Below the pieces are notes generated by a model that searched no databases, was not told the origin of the DNA, and was given only the letters and a program-made list of their open reading frames with translations. The position numbers were made by a program, and so were the translations under genes. 64,000 nucleotides of DNA. Source: Macrostomum lignano. Lineage: Eukaryota. Below, in pieces: positions 1-12,814 of the stretch. Location: NCBI GenBank assembly GCA_002269645.1, contig NIVC01001010.1:317991-381990 (forward strand), given 5' to 3'. Position 1 is the first letter of the stretch. Each line of letters begins with the position of its first letter.

Positions 1-21
1 ATGCCTGGCACTGGCACTCAC

Positions 22-3000
22 CGCAGCTGGGGTCGCACGTGATCACAAAATCGGTTTCGTCAGCAGCGGCCTCTTCATCAGCTTCAGCCGATGATGCCAG
101 GGGCAACTCCGGCTGCTCCTCTTCGACTGGACCCGTCACGTCAACGATGTCCTCGTCGACCTCGGCGCCTTCCGCCTGCTCATCCTCCTTGCTGGCAGCC
201 GGAGGCGTCGCCCGCTGCTGCCGCTGCCGCCGCCGGCCGCCGGCCTCCTCCACGGCCGTGTCGGCCATTTCGATGAATCTCTCCAGCTGCTCATCGGAGA
301 CAGAGTGGGCGCTGCGCAGGTGGCTACGAAGGGCGTTGAACTTGGTGCTGGAGTCGCCTTCGGCCGAGCAGCCGCAGCGGCAGCACGGGCACAGGTACAC
401 CAGCTTGGACCTGGCAGCTGAGTAACGCATTGTTGAGCTGGGATCAGCGGCGCCGCTGCTGCTACTGCTGTCTGCAATACAGGGGGGGGGGTGGGTTCGA
501 ACTTGCGTCGTGCACACGGACAAGACATTCTGTTAGCTAGAAAATAGAAAATTTCTAGCTCGATAGATTACAGTAAATTAGATATAAACAGGCTTTCTTT
601 GGAAGAATAGAAAATTTTAAATTAGAAACGTAGAAGACATTAGTACCAGCAAAGAGATCTAGCACAGCACAGGTGCATACTCGTACAAAAGTGCACAGAG
701 TGAATTTGATCTGGAATTTAAAGCTCCAGCATTTTTCATAATTCAAGTTTTTTGCCTTGTCCAGTGCGCCACAATGCCAATCACTTGAGCCTGCGGCGGG
801 TCTGTAACCATGGACGCCACAAACATAACTGCCGAACATAACACTATAATAAACTAAAACCTGTTCTAAAACCTAATTCCCTACGCACTAACCCTAAAAA
901 TCTAACCTAACCCTAGCTATAAACCCGACATAAACCCGGAAACAAATCTAACTTAAATCCTATCCTAAACCCTTAATCTAAGCCCTAAATCATAAATCCT
1001 AAACTCTGACCTAACTTTAAACCTAACCTACTTCATAGATCGTAGGCAGTCCAATTATCTTGCCCCGGTCCTTTCACAGCTCTCACTTGGCAGTTGAAAT
1101 GCTAATTTGTACAGTGAGACAGGCACTACGATTGGCGTATAGTTAAAGTACAGATAGACACACAGGTAGAAGAGTCACACTTGCACGTGTGCTAAATAAA
1201 GCGGTAAAACTTATAGTCAGAGATAGGCTATTAAAGACTTAAAGATGATATAGACAAATATATAACAGATAACAGATTGACTGGTAGATTGGTTGGACAT
1301 TTACTCGACTGCTCATTCTGGTTGAGTTCATAATTCCAACACTGATGCGGACTGCAAGGAGACTGCAAGTTGTTCGAGTTTCAGTATTAATAAATTTATT
1401 ATTATTGGAATCAACGGTAATAGCCAGGATTGCTATTGGGGGCGAGGGGCGCCAAGGGGCGCCAGCACCAAGGGGCGCCAGCACCAAGGGGCGTCAGCAC
1501 CAAGGGGCGCCAGCACCAAGGGACGCCAGCACCAAGGGGCGCCAGCGCCAAGGGGCGCCAGCGCCAAGGGGCGCCAGTACCAAGGGGTGCCAGCACCAAG
1601 GGGCGACAGCGCCAAGAGGCGCCAAAGAACACATCAAAGTAGTTGTTGGGGGATATGCAAAATTGGGAACTGCGGATGGGGCGATATGGGGGGCCCCTAG
1701 TTTTGGCAACACTGCAGAGCTTTGAAAAGGACTCACCAGGAAATACCGGCAAAATGCTACGTCTCGCAATCAGGGGGAAAAAGCCCTGGCAACTAACGAA
1801 GATTTCTGAGATGAAGATATAAATATACGCGGCTCTCTAGTTCGCGCTGTTTATCTTGGAGCGGCGAAAAACCCCTCAGAGTGGCCGGTCCGGTGGATTA
1901 AAAAACTGAATGAATGAATTGAATCTAGAGTTTTGAATTGTGTAGAGGAGGCTGGGATGGCGGGGGGGGGGCGGCTAGAGAAATAAAGGAGTTGCGGGTC
2001 AGCCAGCTATTATTTTCCATGAATAGAATGGGATCAGCCAATGCGATGCTCTCCCTCTCTCTCTCTAATGGAAAGATTAGGCAACCCCCTCCCCCCTTAA
2101 AAGCGGGATTTATTAAGACTGCAGACTCAAGTTGAAAACGGACGAGATCGGGAAGAAAAGGCGCAACGTTGGGATTAAAATGAGAGAGAGAGATTGAGGA
2201 ATAAAAGAGAGAGAGGCGGGAGGGAGAAAGAAAAGGGGGGTTGCAGCGTCTTGCTTTCACATGCAGATTTTCTGGGGATGGGTGGTTGGGCTGGCGGGTC
2301 CCAATGGGAGTCTTGGAGCTGGGGTTTGAGCAGATGAAGCTCATATTGAGGCGATAGGGGTGGGGACAGAGGTCCCCCTCTCTCTCCCGGCACACACAGA
2401 CTCACGAAACTCTTGCAAGCCAGAGCAGCGCGAGAAGGCAACTGTCCCAACTTTATTATTAGCGAGACCAATTAGACAATGGCTGGGTGTGGGGGGGGGG
2501 CGCTCCGTCACACAGTCAGCTACCGTAAACTGGGCAAGGATGATGGAAGCCGATGCTGACTGAAGGAAGAAGAAAAGAAGGAAGGCCTGTGGGAGGAAGC
2601 AGCGGCAGAAGCCACCCCCTCCCCATCCCCGGAGCAGATCCTCAAGGAGTTTTAATCACAGCCCGGGCAATCGTCAATTGCCAAGTCTCAGAGCCCGGGG
2701 CGGGGGCCCCAAACAATGAGCAGGCTTTTGAGCTGGTCAGGAAGTGCATTTGTGCTGGGTGCTCTATCACGAGACAAAGCAGGGGGCTAAGGAATGGGTC
2801 TCCATTCTCTTGCAGCACCGGATGCGAGAGCGCGGGCTGCGGGGGAAGCCGAGGCTGCGGGACCCCATGGGAAACATTGTTTCGTGCTCAAAACTCCCGC
2901 TAAGGACCCGGGCAGGTAGGTGTGAGTGGAGCACGCAGATTCTTTCTGGCTGTTCTCTCTTTCTTCAAATCTTCTTCTTCACTTGCTCCGAGGGGAAGAC

Positions 3001-6000
3001 TGGGAGGAAGGAGAGAAGAAGAAGCAGAGGGGATGAAAAATCAGGCCAGCCAAGGGCCTGGGATGGCCGGAGCAGCCGGTTGCCCCAAGCCCGGTAGGTA
3101 ACTGAGGCAGGTGTTGTGCCAGCGGCTTTATTTTTTTCAGGGCTTAAAGCAGCAGCAGCAAAAATAGCTGCAATGTTGCAAGCAGTTGCAAAGTTCTTGC
3201 TTTTACACAAAGTCATCTACCGTTGTTGGGCAGTTTCTGAGATTTGGAATCAAGTACTAGAGTAGTCTGCCTACCACACTGAGGTGGAGCTACTAGGGTA
3301 GCCTGTCTACCACACTGAGGAACCTGCCGATCACACTGAGGTAGAGGGCTACTAGGGTTGCCTGCCTACCACACTGAGGAGCCTGCCTACCACACTGAGG
3401 TAGAGGGCTACTAGGGTAGCCTGTCTACCACACTTAGGTAGAGGGATACTAGGGTAGCCTACCACACAGAGCTAGGTAGAGGGCTACTAGGGTAGCCTGC
3501 CTACCACACTGAGGTAGAGGGATACTAGGGTAGCCTACCACACAGAGCTAGGTAGAGGGCTACTAGGGTAGCCTGCCTACCACACTGAGGTAGAGGGTTA
3601 CTAGGGTAGCCTACCACACAGAGCTAGGTAGAGGGTTACTAGGGTACTCGTAGCCTACCACACAGAGCTAGGTAGAGGGTTACTAGGGTACTCGTAGCCT
3701 ACCACACAGAGCTAGGTAGAGGGTTACTAGGGTAGCCTACCACACAGAGCTAGGTAGAGGGTTACTAGGGTAGCCTACCACACAGAGCTAGGTAGAGGGT
3801 TACTAGGGTAGCCTACCACACAGAGCTAGGTAGAGGGTTACTAGGGTAGCCTACCACACAGAGCTAGGTAGAGGGTTACTAGGGTAGCCACTAGGATAGT
3901 GCATCATTCCGTGTACTAGCTTGCCAAGTGTCAATGATATATACTACCCTATAATTTTTAATTATATATTTCAGGCGCATTACTAACAGTAGTCGCATCA
4001 GGCATAAAAAACCGTTGTCCAAAACCTCTATGGACTCAATGGCTAATGGCTAAATATGGCTAAATATGCAGGTATATTGCCGAAATTCGAGCACTAGCTC
4101 GTAACAGCCTCGCTTGAACAATGAATGATGAATAAATAATGCAAAATTTCGGATTGAAAGAAGAATCTAGAAAAAGATTGACAAGCATTTATGCATATAA
4201 AACAACGCTAAACAAACAAATGACAATTGTTGGTTCGATTTCCACTTCAAATAGACATGACGGCCCACTCGATCAGTGTCTCAGTTGTCAAGGGCACGGG
4301 AGCAGCCTCGATGAAGAGGTTTCTCCTATCAAAAAAATGGAGCCCACTGTTGAGCCAGTGAAATGGCCTATAAGCCGGTCCTGGAACAATGACGCTTTAT
4401 TCCGGCTGTCTGAACTCCTGACCCTATAGCGCTTTCCGGGAAACACAAGTCCATACAGGGCTCGGTTACGTGAGCAGGCAGGCGTGCGAATGGGAAACCT
4501 TTATAGGGCTTGCCTAAGGGGGTTGGGGGCAAAAGGTGAAGTTCAGAAGCTCTTCGGGGCAGATCAAGATTATGAAAACTCAGCGAGCCGTGCACATTTT
4601 GTAAGTAGGCTATGAGTGTCTGAATCCACTTTGGCAACTGAGTCACACAGAAGCTTTTCAAACTTTATTTGTAAGTCGCTTATTGAACCCGAAAATCCTT
4701 GCTATAAATCAATTTAACTATAAAGTCTAAGCCGATCGTTCCAACTTTTATCAATTATCACTGAAGCGGCAATACCTTAAATATCTCTGCAAAATAACCA
4801 AATGTAGTGCGAGTACAAACAGTCTCTGAAGGACAGGAAATCGCAAGGATCGGGGCTAAAGGGCAGCACCAGGTCCTGAAGGATCAGGGCAAGAGGGCAG
4901 CACCAGGTCCTGAAGGATCAGGGCAAGAGGGCAGCACCAGGTCCTGAAGGATCAGGGCAAGAGGGCAGCACCAGGTCCTGAAGGATCAGGGCAAGAGGGC
5001 AGCACCAGGTCCTGAAGGATCGGGGCAAGAGGGCAGCACCAGGTCCTGAAGGATCGGGGCAAGAGGGCAGCACCAGGTCCTGAAGGATCGGGGCAAGAGG
5101 GCAGCACCAGGTCCTGAAGGATCGGGGCTAAAGGGCAGCACCAGGTCCTGAAGGATCGGGGCAAGAGGGCAGCACCAGGTCCTGAAGGATCGGGGCAAGA
5201 GGGCAGCACCAGGTCCTGAAGGATCGGGGCAAGAGGGCAGCACCAGGTCCTGAAGGATCGGGGCAAGAGGGCAGCACCAGGTCCTGTAGGATCGGGGCAA
5301 GAGGGCAGCACCAGGTCCTGAAGGATCAGGGCAAGAGGGCAGCACCAGGTCCTGAAGGATCAGGGCTAGAGGGCAGCACCAGGTCCTGAAGGATCAGGGC
5401 AAGAGGGCAGCACCAGGTCCTGAAGGATCAGGGCAAGAGGGCAGCACCAGGTCCTGAAGGATCGGGGCAAGAGGGCGTTGCTATTTACAATACACGGTAG
5501 TTTATTGTAAATTGTGTTATTAATATGTGTATTATAAGTGGCGTCTTTCGCCATTTTTGCTATCACTACGGTAATATTTTGTATTTTCTATTCTTACAGT
5601 GAGCTGTACTACTTAACCTGTGCTGTGACTGTCTCTCGTTACTGCATGCTTCTTTTTCTATAGCGCCATCTTCTATCATTTTCACAAGAAGATTTTGTAA
5701 ACAAGCTGCAGCCTGCCCTGATAGTCGGGATTCTGGATTCTGGAAAAGATAAATAAGAAATTATTCTTTTCTTAAACCTTGCTCTGTCTCTGTGTGTCTC
5801 TACCCAGTGTGTAGCAGGGTTCTTTTAAGTTTTTTACAGCCAACAGTGTCCGCCTTACATTGTCTCAAACTGTATCCAGCATTGTCTCAGTCTGGGGGCA
5901 GCTCAGAGAGGCGGGTAAGGCAGCCATCTCACTCGGTTTACTCATAGCTGTGTATAATTAAGATTGTAGAAGTTTAGCAAAAGAGAAATGAATGAGCAGT

Positions 6001-9000
6001 TGAGTTAGTGGCGCTTGGTAAAGCTGTGCTATAGTTTTTGTCATTTTTTCTCTGGATGCTTTTTGCATAGTAATTGTAGAATTTCACACTTAGCAACTGC
6101 TCGTGGCTATGCGTACGATTTCAACTAATACTATTATAGGGCACCGAATGAGGTATGAATATGATCAACTACCTTACAAGTAGTCACGTGTTCGAATGAG
6201 TTTATAGTAAGCTAATTTATTGCACTGGGGTGGCACTGTTGTGGGGTGGCACTGTTGTGAGGTGGCACTGTTGTGAGGTGGCACTGTTGTGAGGTGGCAC
6301 TGTTGTGAGGTGGCACTGTTGTGAGGTGGCACTGTTGTGAGGTGGCACTGTTGTGAGGTGGCACTGTTGTGAGGTGGCATTGTTGTGAGGTGGCATTGTT
6401 GTGAGGTGGCACTGTTGTGAGGTGGCACTGTTGTGAGGTGGCACTGTTGTGAGGTGGCACTGTTGTGAGGTGGCACTGTTGTGAGGTGGCACTGTTGTGA
6501 GGTGGCATTGTTGTGAGGTGTCACTGTTGTGAGGTGGCACTGTTGTGGGGTGGCACTGTTGTGAGGTGGCACTGTTGTGGGGTGGCACTGTTGTGAGGTG
6601 GCACTGTTGTGGGGTGGCACTGTTGTGAGGTGGCACTGTTGTGAGGTGGCACTGTTGTGGGGTGGCACTGTTGTGAGGTGGCACTGTTGTGGGGTGGCAC
6701 TGTTGTGAGGTGGCACTGTTGTGAGGTGGCACTGTTGTGGGGTGGCACTGTTGTGGGGTGGCACTGTTGTGAGGTGGCACTGTTGTGAGGTGGCATTGTT
6801 GTGAGGTGGCACTGTTGTGGGGTGGCACTGTTGTGGGGTGGCACTGTTGTGAGGTGGCACTGTTGTGGGGTGGCACTGTTGTGAGGTGGCACTGTTGTGA
6901 GGTGGCACTGTTGTGAGGTGGCACTGTTGTGAGGTGGCACTGTTGTGAGGTGGCACTGTTGTGAGGTGGCACTGTTGTGAGGTGGCACTGTTGTGAGGTG
7001 GCATTGTTGTGAGGTGGCATTGTTGTGAGGTGGCACTGTTGTGAGGTGGCACTGTTGTGAGGTGGCACTGTTGTGAGGTGGCACTGTTGTGAGGTGGCAC
7101 TGTTGTGAGGTGGCACTGTTGTGAGGTGGCATTGTTGTGAGGTGTCACTGTTGTGAGGTGGCACTGTTGTGGGGTGGCACTGTTGTGAGGTGGCACTGTT
7201 GTGGGGTGGCACTGTTGTGAGGTGGCACTGTTGTGGGGTGGCACTGTTGTGAGGTGGCACTGTTGTGAGGTGGCACTGTTGTGGGGTGGCACTGTTGTGA
7301 GGTGGCACTGTTGTGGGGTGGCACTGTTGTGAGGTGGCACTGTTGTGAGGTGGCACTGTTGTGGGGTGGCACTGTTGTGGGGTGGCACTGTTGTGAGGTG
7401 GCACTGTTGTGAGGTGGCATTGTTGTGAGGTGGCACTGTTGTGGGGTGGCACTGTTGTGGGGTGGCACTGTTGTGAGGTGGCACTGTTGTGAGGTGGCAC
7501 TGTTGTGAGGTGGCACTGTTGTGGGGTGGCACTGTTGTGGGGTGGCACTGTTGTGAGGTGGCACTGTTGTGAGGTGGCACTGTTGTGAGGTGGCACTGTT
7601 GTGAGGTGGCACTGTTGTGGGGTGGCACTGTTGTGAGGTGGCACTGTTGTGAGGTGGCACTGTTGTGAGGTGGCACTGTTGTGGGGTGGCACTGTTATAG
7701 GGTGGCATTGTTGTGAGGTGGCACTGTTGTGAGGTGGCACTGTTGTGAGGTGGCACTGTTGTGAGGTGGCACTGTTGTGAGGTGGCACTGTTGTGGGGTG
7801 GCACTGTTATAGGGTGGCACTCATATCGCTCATAGACAGTTGAATTGTGCGAGAACTGCAGCTGCTATGACTTGTAATTAATGAATAAAAGCCGAGCAAG
7901 GCAAAGCAAAGCGCCGGTGCTCACCACCCGTATCAGTAGGCAGGCTGTTGGCAAACCCAGTCGCCGCAGATGCCGCAGAGGCGGGCAGCACGGAGGCCAG
8001 CTTGTTGGGATCGGTGAGCAGGCCGCCGCCCTTCTGCTGCAGTTTGTGCTGCAAAGTTAGAAATTCGGTGAGTTCAGTGAATTACACTAAGGCTGGGTCT
8101 GGGTTCCTCAGGCAGTCTTCATTGATATAAATAGTCTCAAGCCTTCCGTATATTTATGCTATAAATAATGCAGCCCAGGCCCCTCGAGTCCGCTCGTGGC
8201 GGCGGTCACAGTGAGGGGTTTGAAGTTGTTTCATCGAAACAATATTCGGAATTTTTTGTTGGAACAAATGGCTGAGTCAGACCTCTAAAGGGCTAGTTTA
8301 GAATTTTATAATATAAAGCGAAAAAAACACCGTATTGACGTCCCCAGACAGACAACCACAGCTGTGCACTCGATGCACATCTGTACCTCTCTCCCCAAAT
8401 TTACTAAATGCATATAAGATATAGCACTAGTATTGCTTACACCGAGTCTAAAAGGAAGTCAAGGTGGAACAACGGGGGTTTACAAGCCCTAGATTTAACT
8501 CGTTCACAAACTCGAATACTTCTCTTCTCAAGCTCAAAGTGCCACAAACTCGAATACTTCTCTTCTCAAGCTCAAAGTGCCACAAACTCGAATACTTCTC
8601 AAGCTCAAAGTGCCACAAACTCGAATACTTCTCTTCTCAAGCTCAAAGTGCCACAAACTCGAATACTTCTCAAGCTCAAAGTGCCACAAACTCGAATACT
8701 TCTCTTCTCAAGCTCAAAGTGCCACAAACTAGAATGCTTCTCTTCTCAAGCTCAAAGTGCCACAAACTCGAATACTTCTCTTCTCAAGCTCAAAGTGCCA
8801 CAAACTCGAATACTTCTCTTCTCAAGCTCAAAGTGCCACAAACTAGAATGCTTCTCTTCTCAAGCTCAAAGTGCCAAAAACTCGAATACTTCTCTTCTCA
8901 AGCTCAAAGTGCCACAAACTCGAATACTTCTCTTCTCAAGCTCAAAGTGCCAAAAACTCGAATACTTCTCTTCTCAAGCTCAAAGTGCCAAAAACTCGAA

Positions 9001-12000
9001 TACTTCTCTTCTCAAGCTCAAAGTGCTAAAAACTCGAATACTTCTCTTCTCAAGCTCAAAGTGCCACAAACTCGAATACTTCTCTTCTCAAGCTCAAAGT
9101 GCCACAAACTCGAATACTTCTCAAGCTCAAAGTGCCACAAACTCGAATACTTCTCAAGCTCAAAGTGCCACAAACTCGAATACTTCTCGAGAATTGTTTT
9201 GCCCTCTTAGTAGAATTACTCGGCAAACTACTCAGCTGAGATGCCGCAGCTTCATTTAAAATACATTTGGCTTTTAATTCTCAAATCAAATCTTTCGTGG
9301 ACTTGGCTCTTTGTTTAATTCGCCTTATGCTTTGAGCGGAGAGATCGAATTCTGCGGTACTTGTTCTGGAGCAGGGGTTGGCAAACTCTTTGTCTCCAGG
9401 GCCAGATGGAGAACCTAGCGCGTGACTGCGGGCCAGAGGAGGAGAGAGAGGAAGAGAGGAGAGGAAGAGGAGAGGAGAGGAGAGGAGAGAGAGGAGAGGA
9501 GAGGAGAGGAGAGGAGAGGAGAGGAGAGGAGAGGAGAGGAGAGGAGAGGAAAAGAAAGACCGGAGAGGAGAGGAGAGGAGAGGAGAGGAGAAGAGAGGAG
9601 AGGAAAAGAAAGACCAGAGAGGAGAGGAGAGAGAGGGGCGAGGAGAGAAGAGAGAGGAGAGGAGAGGAGAGGAGAGAGGATAAGAAAGATGAGGAGAGAG
9701 GAGATTAGAGAAGATAGCTGAAAAGAGACAAGCCTGGAGCGGGCCGAATTGCAATTGTGAAGTTTCAAAGGACCCGATGACCGGACAGAGAGGCTTGGCG
9801 GGCCGATCTGGACTCTAAAGCAAACGTACTAGGATTTCATTAGCCTAGCTGCACTTTTCTTGGGCCGGCAATGGGCAGCTAGAAGCCTACTGTATCTGCG
9901 CTTGAGATCTTCACCTTATCGAAGCAGTTAGCATGGAGGTCCGGTCTTGGATGCTCATCTTTTTCACTGCCAGCCACAGGGGCTTTCGGCTTGCTGCTGC
10001 TGCTCTCTGTTGATTGACAAAATGCAGCGGAATCAATTTCGCGAGCTGCGGCCGCGGTGGCAGTCTTTCGTTTCTTTTCAGCTTTCGGCTGCAGATGGTC
10101 AGGGAACGCCGGGAAGATGGAAGGAACGGCGTTCGGATACAGGCGTCTTCTGACGGTAGGCAGAAAGCCTGCGAACTGCTCCTTGAAGCAGGATTGCTCA
10201 AAATGAATCGAGCAGACTTGCGTGGATGGCGATGGCTCGAAGTTTTTTCGTCTCAGCGCTACCAGCCACCTGTTCCTGAGCTGCTTGTCCTTTGGAAAAG
10301 TATGGAAGGACACTCCGGGCAGAGACATTGCTGCGTTGTTTGAGCAGCCAAAAGCGCAGCAAAAGCTGCCGTGATTTCCTCTTATTTTTCTCGGCAATTT
10401 GGAAGATTCCGATTGTTGTTCCATTTCGTTTTGAATAAGTTTGCTTAGCTGTGTAAAATTAGTTGGCCTTGCTATTCATACTTCGGTCCCCAGGCCGTAT
10501 TAATATGCATGCTGGTTTAAAATGGGGCAGACGGCTGGCCTCCCCAGGCCCCAAATATCGATCGTTTTTGGATGCGGTTCACGCGGGGAGAGGACCATTT
10601 TTGCTTTGTAATTTGGCAACAAACGAGCCCAGACAAGCAATGTTGGATGCATGCAACAGTCAAGTTTATCTGGTCTATCTGTGACCGTGTCTGTCTGGAA
10701 CAAAGACCTATGGGCTCTACTAAGACCTAAAAAATCTTATTTATAGTTATGATGCTATTTTTAGAATTTGCGGCAATAAATCATTCGCAATTTTATTTTG
10801 TGGCTTTGCGGGTTCGAAGCGTCGAGATTCTGTGGGAATTGGGGAGCTCAAATGACAACTACGGCCAGGCAGGGAATACTTTACATAGAGTAGAGTATTC
10901 CCTGGGCCAGGTGTTCGAGATTTGGCCGAAAAAACTGAGCAATAAAGAAGCTCACTACTTAATAGAAAATTTAGAGACGGAATAGCTTCCATTGATGTAA
11001 TATTATCCTATACATCCCTTTTCGGAGAGGCGGGTGAGAGAGACGGAGGAGGGAGGGAGAAAGGCGGAGAGAGGTGGGAGAGAGACAGAGGAGAAGGAGA
11101 CAGGCGGGAGAAAGGCGGGGAGAGCAGAGGAGAGAGAGAGGCGGGAGAGAGGTGGGGGAGAGGCGGGAGAGAGGTGGGGGGAGGCGGGGGAGGCAGAAGA
11201 GAGAGGCGGGAGAGAGAGGCGGGAGAGAGGCGGGAGAGAGAGGCGGGAGAGAGGTGGGGGAGAGGCGGGAGAGAGGTGGGGGAGAGGCGGGGGAGGCAGA
11301 AGAGAGAGGCTGGAGAGAGGTGGGGGAGAAGTGGGAGAGGCAGAGGAAAGAGGCGGGAGAGGTGGGGGAGAGGCGGGGGAGGCAGAAGAGAGAGGCGGGA
11401 GAGAGGCGGGAGAGGCGGGAGAGAGGCGGGAGAGGCGGGAGAGAGGCGAGAGAGGCGGGAGAGGCGGGATAGAGAGGCGGGAGAGAGGCGGGGAGAGGTG
11501 GGGGAGAGGTGGGGGAGAGGCGGGGAGAGGTGGGGGAGAGAGGCGAGAGAGGCAGGAGAGAAGCGGGAGAGGCAGAAGAGAGAGGCAGAGGAGAGAGGTG
11601 GGGGAGAGGTGGGAGAGAGGCGGGGGAGAGGCGGAGGAGAGAGGCGGGAGAGAGACGGAGACCCCAGCAATACCAGCACCTGCGTCTTGCTCACCTCTCT
11701 CAGCTTGTGGCCAGGCTGTTGGAAGTGCCGCAGCAGTTCCGCCTTAGTCTGGCAGACGCAGCTGCACAGCTGGCAGCGATAGCGACAGCAGCCGGGGCCG
11801 CTAGTGAGCCTCCGCTCCTCGCTGCAGAGGTGCAGTAGCAGGTAGGCATTCAGCTGGTGACTGGGGAGTGCCAGGTGCAGCTGCATTTTGTGCAGCGAGG
11901 CCGCCACGTAGCCGCAGGCATTGCAGCGCAGCTGCACAGGGTTGCCACTGGTTGCAGTGGACAGCCGGGAGGTGCCGCCGTTGGCATCGCCGCCGGCGCC

Positions 12001-12779
12001 CAGCCGCAGGTGGTTGAGCAGCTGCAGCCGCTGCATGTGCTTATCAGTCTTGCAGTGGAGGTGAAAATTCGCCTTCAGATTGGAGCGATAGTCGCATAGC
12101 GCGCACTGCCAGTAGCCTGCGGCGTAGCCTGTGGCCTCCGAGCTGGGCTCAAGTCGTGGCTCCACGGAGTGCGCGTGAAGCTCCGGCAGCGAGTCGGTGT
12201 GGAAGCTGTCGCACACCTGGCAGGTGAACAGGTGCGACGGATCGTTGGCGGATCGAGCACCGGCTGACCGAGGCTGATGCGGCTGTCTGTGCTGTTGGGC
12301 CTGCTGCTGCTGATGGTGCCGCCCGCTGCCGCCCGGCTTCGGGTGTATCGCCGATCGAGCAGCGCCCGAGGCCGAAGTCGACGCCGGAGCGAGGCCTGAC
12401 AAAGCGGAGGCGCCGCCGTTTCCGCCAGAGCCGGCAATGACGCCGGCGGCGCGCTGCAGATCGTGCACGTTGTTGCAGTGCTTATCGGACTGCATGTGGA
12501 TGGCCAGGTTGCCCTTGGTGGTGGTGCTGTAGTTGCACACCTCGCAGCGGTAGGGCTTGTAGCCGCAGTTGTAGGTCTCGCCGCGGGCTAGCCGCGGATG
12601 GCTCTGGTTAGTCAGGCAGTAGTGGCAGGCATCGCATCGGCCCTGACCGCCAGGATCGCCCGAGCCGGTTTCCGGGTGCTTCTCTTTGAGGTGAATCTCC
12701 AGAGTCTCCTGGTACTTGTAGTGCCAGTTGCATTTCGGACACTTGATGTGCTTGTTCAAGTGGCGTGCCTGGCCGCTGC

Positions 12780-12814
<35 letters not shown>

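Noticed and set aside
1850-1925. Possible LINE 3' end terminating in (TGAA)n
   Set aside because: No recognisable RT sequence adjacent; too little evidence.
6174-7804. ORFs of 200-520 aa with PPHNSATSQQCHLTTV periodicity
   Set aside because: Translations of a stop-free 16-bp repeat in all three frames.
11008-11694. S/P/L-rich C-terminal 230 aa of the 899-aa ORF
   Set aside because: Read-through past the GAG|GTGAGC donor into an intronic repeat.
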